Shown in pieces: positions 59,522 to 64,000 of a stretch of 64,000 nucleotides of DNA. The position numbers were made by a program, and so were the translations under genes. Numbering within the stretch: position 1 is the stretch's first letter; every line of letters begins with the position of its first letter. The notes beneath the pieces were generated by a model. It was not told the origin of the DNA, searched no databases, and saw nothing but the letters and a program-made list of their open reading frames with translations. Source of the DNA: a virus (taxonomy: Duplodnaviria; Caudoviricetes); IMG/VR virus record IMGVR_UViG_3300029288_000086, positions 32,001 through 96,000 of that record; one strand, written 5' to 3'.

Positions 59522-59550
59522 ATTTTTATTTATCCTCCATTTTTATTGAA

Positions 59551-61494
59551 TTAATTTTTTGGCAACCAACCTTCTTTGGCGTATTTTTTAGATACATCCT
59601 CTGAAGATTCGTTATCTCTATGTAACCAAGAATTGACAGTAACCATACGGGTGAATGTCTCTTTTTTCTTGGGGCCATCTTTAATACGTTCATAAGCTAA
59701 ACTTTTTTTGCTACTTTGCCAAGCAGGAAGAGTATCCAAAGTAAATTCTTTTACTTCTTCTCTAGCATTGTCAAGTTCTTCTTTTGAGAATACATCAGAC
59801 ACTTCTTGTAAAGTTTTTTCAACAGCATAATCGAACTGTTGCTTTTCAATTTTATCTTTATATTCTTTAAGTTTAGCATTTTCAGCCATATAAACATCTT
59901 TGTCTTCTTTGGCGGCAACAGATTCTTCTGCCATTTTACACATTTTTTTATACATAGCAGAACAAAGCAAAGCATAATTCATTTCCTCGCCAGCAGTATA
60001 TTTGTCAGCAAGTTCTTTATTGTCTTCAGTTTCGTCTACAAGCATTTGCATAAGTGCAGCCATATCAAGATTTGCGTCTAAAGACATTTTTTCTTCTTTA
60101 GGTTCTTCTTTCTCTTTGGCTTCTTCAGCAGGAGTTTCTTTTTCCTCATCTTCTTTTTTTTCTTCTTCAGAAGTTTCAGTTTTTTCTTCTACTGCCATTT
60201 CTTCTGTTTCTACCGCCATTTTTTCTTTTTCTGGCTGAGTTTCAGATTCTGGAAGTTTTTCTTCTGCCATAGTTTCTTCTTTAGGTTCTAATTCTTTATC
60301 ATTTTCATCTTTCACACTAAGTTCCTCCTTTTTTACAGATTTATTCTTCACCCAAATTCCCCCTTCAACGTGATATCTTTTTTTAAAACTATTTATGGCC
60401 GTGGGCCATGCATATTCTCCACCTATCGCATCGGCTTGAGCAGCTATTGCATTTGCTTGGCTCAACGAAATAGGAGGTTTAATACCTTTGAGAGCAGGGT
60501 TTATGTCAGATATTTTTTCATATGGAAATGTCAAAACTTCACCATCATCAAAATAAGACATAGGCTTATCTTCGATTTCTTTCATTCTGTTAACCATATC
60601 TTTAGACCATTCTAGCGCTTCATTTCCCCCATATAACATCCAATTTATATGAGATGTTGTTGGAGGAGACTTCTTTCTAGAATCGTTTTGATGATATGAC
60701 AAATATTTATGCGCCGATTTAATTTTTTCAGGATGCGCCTTTTCATTTTTAGAAAAATGTCTAGCAATAGTTAATGCAACAGAATTTCCACCTATTCCAT
60801 ATTGCTTATATAATTCCAATCCTTTACTAGAATTATTTTTAATCTCTTGAGAAATAGAAAAATCAATTGAAGAATATTTAGAAAATTCTTTCGCATAATC
60901 TTGCTGATATTTTTCATTAAGCTGAGAAAACGATAATACTTGAAGTTCTGCATTTTCGATTGCACTTTTTACAGATGCTCCTAATAAGCATATCCCAAAA
61001 TAGCAAAAATCATCCATTTCTTCTATGCCATTATCTTCTCGTATATGAGATTCATAAAGCCACATTTCAACACTGATTCCAACTTTGCCATCTCTTTTTT
61101 CAAGAATTTCAGATACGGCGGGAACATAAATTTTCCAAATTTTGGCATCTACGTAAAATCCCAAAACTTCTTCGCCGTTCTCATTTATTACTTTTTCAAA
61201 AGATCCAGTATCTGGAATAGCGAACCCGCATATTAAACTCTTATCTACTTCTACGTGTGAACCGAAGTCCCTACCGCTATTAATTAAATTATATACAATA
61301 GGCATATTGTAGATAGTAGATGCTGTTTTTTTAAGGGTTTCTTCGCTGCAAAAAAGATCATGATAATTCTTACCCGATGAAAATGCATGAATTCTACAAG
61401 TTATAAATCTAGAATCAGGATTATCTTCGATTATTTCTGCTGAGTCAACACTAAAAACTAACGGCTTTCTTTCTTCTGTTCTTTCTTCACTCAA
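59551..61494 (-). CDS. prohead protease/scaffold multidomain protein
   Basis: DFGSH, IWK.Y, ISVEM, GICLLG protease core; acidic coiled-coil scaffold tail. Confidence 0.8.
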   Translation of the reverse strand: MSEERTEERKPLVFSVDSAEIIEDNPDSRFITCRIHAFSSGKNYHDLFCSEETLKKTASTIYNMPIVYNLINSGRDFGSHVEVDKSLICGFAIPDTGSFEKVINENGEEVLGFYVDAKIWKIYVPAVSEILEKRDGKVGISVEMWLYESHIREDNGIEEMDDFCYFGICLLGASVKSAIENAELQVLSFSQLNEKYQQDYAKEFSKYSSIDFSISQEIKNNSSKGLELYKQYGIGGNSVALTIARHFSKNEKAHPEKIKSAHKYLSYHQNDSRKKSPPTTSHINWMLYGGNEALEWSKDMVNRMKEIEDKPMSYFDDGEVLTFPYEKISDINPALKGIKPPISLSQANAIAAQADAIGGEYAWPTAINSFKKRYHVEGGIWVKNKSVKKEELSVKDENDKELEPKEETMAEEKLPESETQPEKEKMAVETEEMAVEEKTETSEEEKKEDEEKETPAEEAKEKEEPKEEKMSLDANLDMAALMQMLVDETEDNKELADKYTAGEEMNYALLCSAMYKKMCKMAEESVAAKEDKDVYMAENAKLKEYKDKIEKQQFDYAVEKTLQEVSDVFSKEELDNAREEVKEFTLDTLPAWQSSKKSLAYERIKDGPKKKETFTRMVTVNSWLHRDNESSEDVSKKYAKEGWLPKN

Positions 61495-61558
61495 TTATTC
61501 CTCCTTTCTCAAGAGGGAAAATAATTCCGTCTTTAAAAATTCTATCAAATTATTGCTC

Positions 61559-61577
61559 AATAAAAACACGTTTCATG
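61559..61577 (-). repeat. Copy of the dyad repeat (5-nt spacer)
   Basis: Minus strand reads CCATGAAA CGTGT TTTTATT directly after the stop at 61580. Confidence 0.7.
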
Positions 61578-61579
61578 GA

Positions 61580-61771
61580 CTAATATTGTTTCGCCCATTT
61601 AACCCATAAAGGAGAGGTTTTTAATGCATCTTCCAAAATTTTAGTTTGTGAAAAATAATAAATATCCCCCTCTATTGTTAAAAGGGGAACTCCATGGTTC
61701 TCTAAATAGTTTGATATTTTCTCTTTGAAACCAATTTTATTTTTAATAGATTTTGAATTAACTATAAACAT
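61580..61771 (-). CDS. hypothetical protein
   Basis: GGGAG RBS before ATG 61771. Confidence 0.6.
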   Translation of the reverse strand: MFIVNSKSIKNKIGFKEKISNYLENHGVPLLTIEGDIYYFSQTKILEDALKTSPLWVKWAKQY

Positions 61772-61772
61772 T

Positions 61773-62246
61773 TTACTCCCAAGTTGCATCGAACAATACA
61801 ACATCCTTGACCGCTTTAATCTTTGTGGCAAAAGCAACACTAGTATCTTCTTCCTCACATTGCTCGTCCAACATTTTAGTTAAAAATCCTAAGTCAATAT
61901 AAGACTTTTCTTCTAATGCAAGATTATATAAAGACTCGATACTTTCAGTTGTTTGTTGTTCTGTCAATACATAAAAATCAGCGATACTATTAATGTCTGT
62001 GAAATCAATTATGGGGGCACTAACTTCTTCTATTTTTACTTTTCCGCCAGTTCTGTCATTGATATAATCCATAAATAAATTAGCATGACCGTTTTCACCC
62101 GCAGACTGTTCTTTGAAGAATTTGGCAAGATTTTTCAACTGCATATCTTCAAACAATGATTGGATTTGCATATATTTATTCTGATTTAATAACTCAATCA
62201 TAACCTGCTCATTTAAAGCATCATTTAAATTCTCAGATAATTTCAC
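61773..62246 (-). CDS. non-heme ferritin
   Basis: LNEQV..E....Y, FF..Q...E..HA, EQQTTESI, FL...EQCEEE ferroxidase pattern. Confidence 0.88.
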   Translation of the reverse strand: MKLSENLNDALNEQVMIELLNQNKYMQIQSLFEDMQLKNLAKFFKEQSAGENGHANLFMDYINDRTGGKVKIEEVSAPIIDFTDINSIADFYVLTEQQTTESIESLYNLALEEKSYIDLGFLTKMLDEQCEEEDTSVAFATKIKAVKDVVLFDATWE

Positions 62247-62262
62247 TTACTGTGCCTCCTTT

Positions 62263-62589
62263 CTATCGGATAGCATTTATAACATCATAAAACTTTTCAT
62301 ATAAAGAAATATGATCTTCTCTTAATTTTTTTGCATTATTCAGATTTCTCAAGCATTCAGCAATAATATCAGATGCTTTTTCTCCAATAGTAATATCTTT
62401 AGGAATATCGTATTCTGGAGTCCAGTGAAGCATCCCATCTTCTGCATTATAAAAATTCAGATTCGCATGTTCTTCTTCTGTAAAAGATAAATCATTCACC
62501 AAATCCCTAACAATCTTTAAAGTAGTATAATTATTTTCTTTTGGCAAAATAGAAATTAAGACAAGTCTTTCTGATACTGTTAATAGCAT
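62263..62589 (-). CDS. hypothetical protein
   Basis: AGGAG RBS. Confidence 0.65.
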   Translation of the reverse strand: MLLTVSERLVLISILPKENNYTTLKIVRDLVNDLSFTEEEHANLNFYNAEDGMLHWTPEYDIPKDITIGEKASDIIAECLRNLNNAKKLREDHISLYEKFYDVINAIR

Positions 62590-62664
62590 TACAAATATCT
62601 CCTAAGTTTATGTTTGGGGATATAAATTAATATATCCCCATTATGATTATTGACTATTTAATTA

Positions 62665-63507
62665 TTATGCGTGAAGGGTATTGTACATTGGGATAAAGTA
62701 AGGAGTACCACCAACGTCACACACCAAAGCAACATCTGCGCCAACAGTTTCACTAGTAGGAGAAGCTGAAGGAACCAAAGCATTAGCAACAACACCACCA
62801 GCAACAGCGTTGAATTTCATAATTGTAGGCATTTTTGCAGTACCAGCGAATTCGATACCTGCACCAACTGTTTGATCTGCGCCCAAATAAAGTACGGCAT
62901 CGCATGCGCAAGCTGTAGTGGTTGCTTCAACTTGACCAGCAATAGCATGGCATAAGCCTGTCACTGCGCCAGTACCATCAATGATGCCAAGCAAACCAGT
63001 CGCCCAACCTTGTCCAATAGCACCATTCAAAACAACTTTACCAGAAACACCGGCTAAGTGAGCATTAGCATTTTTGGTAGAAACACCACCAGCGCCAATA
63101 TTTGTGTGCCCTTGCACCGCATAGGCATCAAAACAGTTTGCAGCTACGGAAGCGCTAGATAAAACACCTTGTAAACGAGTATTCGCCGTCGCAGCAGTAT
63201 TTCTCACACCAACAAAAGCAGACAAACAAGAACTTCCTTCATCTGTTTTATTAGTAGCGGTTGCCATATTGGATGTAAAAGCGATATTGTCCAACAAACT
63301 TGTATCGGTCACAGGAGTGCTATAAACACCCACGCTCAAGGCAGGGAGGTTTAGTCCCGTAGGAGCAGTGTCGATATTTAGGGACGATGCAGAAAAGAAC
63401 GTATCTGTCAAAGTGCCCAATCTGCGAACCTCAGTACCAAGACCAGTTCTCTGTGCATAAGTATTCATTTTGTTAACATTTGAAGCATTAGAAGCTGAAA
63501 AAGTCAT
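62665..63507 (-). CDS. probable virion protein (Ala/Gly/Thr-rich)
   Basis: GGAGG RBS; C-terminal G..YFIP.Y; followed by a hairpin. Confidence 0.6.
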   Translation of the reverse strand: MTFSASNASNVNKMNTYAQRTGLGTEVRRLGTLTDTFFSASSLNIDTAPTGLNLPALSVGVYSTPVTDTSLLDNIAFTSNMATATNKTDEGSSCLSAFVGVRNTAATANTRLQGVLSSASVAANCFDAYAVQGHTNIGAGGVSTKNANAHLAGVSGKVVLNGAIGQGWATGLLGIIDGTGAVTGLCHAIAGQVEATTTACACDAVLYLGADQTVGAGIEFAGTAKMPTIMKFNAVAGGVVANALVPSASPTSETVGADVALVCDVGGTPYFIPMYNTLHA

Positions 63508-63610
63508 TATTCCTCCATTTCATTCTTTTTGATATAATTCTTGTCACGGAGCCGAGGTTTTACCCTTGTTATGACAAGTTAATACGATATGATATTTTTT
63601 TATTTTTACA

Positions 63611-64000
63611 TTAATTTTTTCCACCTTTTGAGATGTTCGAACCTGCGCTGCGAGTTTCTTCTCCCGCCTCTCCAATATTTGAATCTGACTTTGTGGGACG
63701 TCCTGCCCCAGATGAGTTCGCTCCACTCTGTTGAAAACTAGATATGATAGGAGTTAGGTTATCGACCCAACCAGACATTCTTGTTTCGTCTAACTGTGTT
63801 TGAAACTCAAACGGATTAACTCCGAGCGCAGAACATATTTTTGGAAAATTAATAATTCCTTTATCCATCAATGCAGTTTGACGATCCAATCTCCTTTCTC
63901 TATCAACATAAAATCTTGTTCCTTCTAAAGTAATCTTAAATTTATATTTTTTTGTAAGTTTATTAATTTGATACTCTAAGAAGTTCTCAAATACAGGATA
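63611..64000 (-). CDS. portal protein, C-terminal part (truncated by window edge)
   Basis: Frame open to 64000 (YPVFENFL...); ends with GRP.K acidic tail typical of portals; upstream of the protease gene. Confidence 0.7.
   Translation of the reverse strand, partial: YPVFENFLEYQINKLTKKYKFKITLEGTRFYVDRERRLDRQTALMDKGIINFPKICSALGVNPFEFQTQLDETRMSGWVDNLTPIISSFQQSGANSSGAGRPTKSDSNIGEAGEETRSAGSNISKGGKN

Noticed and set aside
63538-63580. Hairpin CTTGTCA...TGACAAG after the portal gene as a riboswitch
   Set aside because: No recognisable aptamer consensus; most likely a terminator or processing stem.

Overview
AT-rich 64 kb segment of a large tailed phage with an SPbeta-like siphovirus layout. The left arm (1-33.0 kb, + strand) holds dozens of small accessory genes, a replication module (Sak4-like ATPase, SSB, primase-helicase, DnaE), three DNA methyltransferases, three tRNA genes and nucleotide-metabolism genes (thyA, 5'-nucleotidase, dNMP kinase, class II RNR, MazG-like). 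The right arm (33.0-64 kb, - strand) holds the portal end, head, tail, holin and endolysin genes, a catalytically intact tyrosine recombinase and a ferritin. The main unexplained signal is about 31 copies of a dyad site, (C/A)AT(G/A)AAA-N6-TTT(C/T)AT(G/T), usually preceded by CCC. The sites sit at gene ends, often supply the stop codon, have all-different spacers and are absent from the core replication genes. This resembles a dif/lox-type gene-cassette system or a large operator network. Also found: a 189-nt group I intron splitting the catalytic Cys codon of nrdJ, a candidate structured ncRNA beside the tRNAs, a 13-bp inverted repeat enclosing the small heat-shock gene, an out-of-frame NTase/CCA-enzyme junction, and a recurrent S-[A/G]-S motif in virion proteins. 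All product calls come from motif recognition by eye; no database searches were run.
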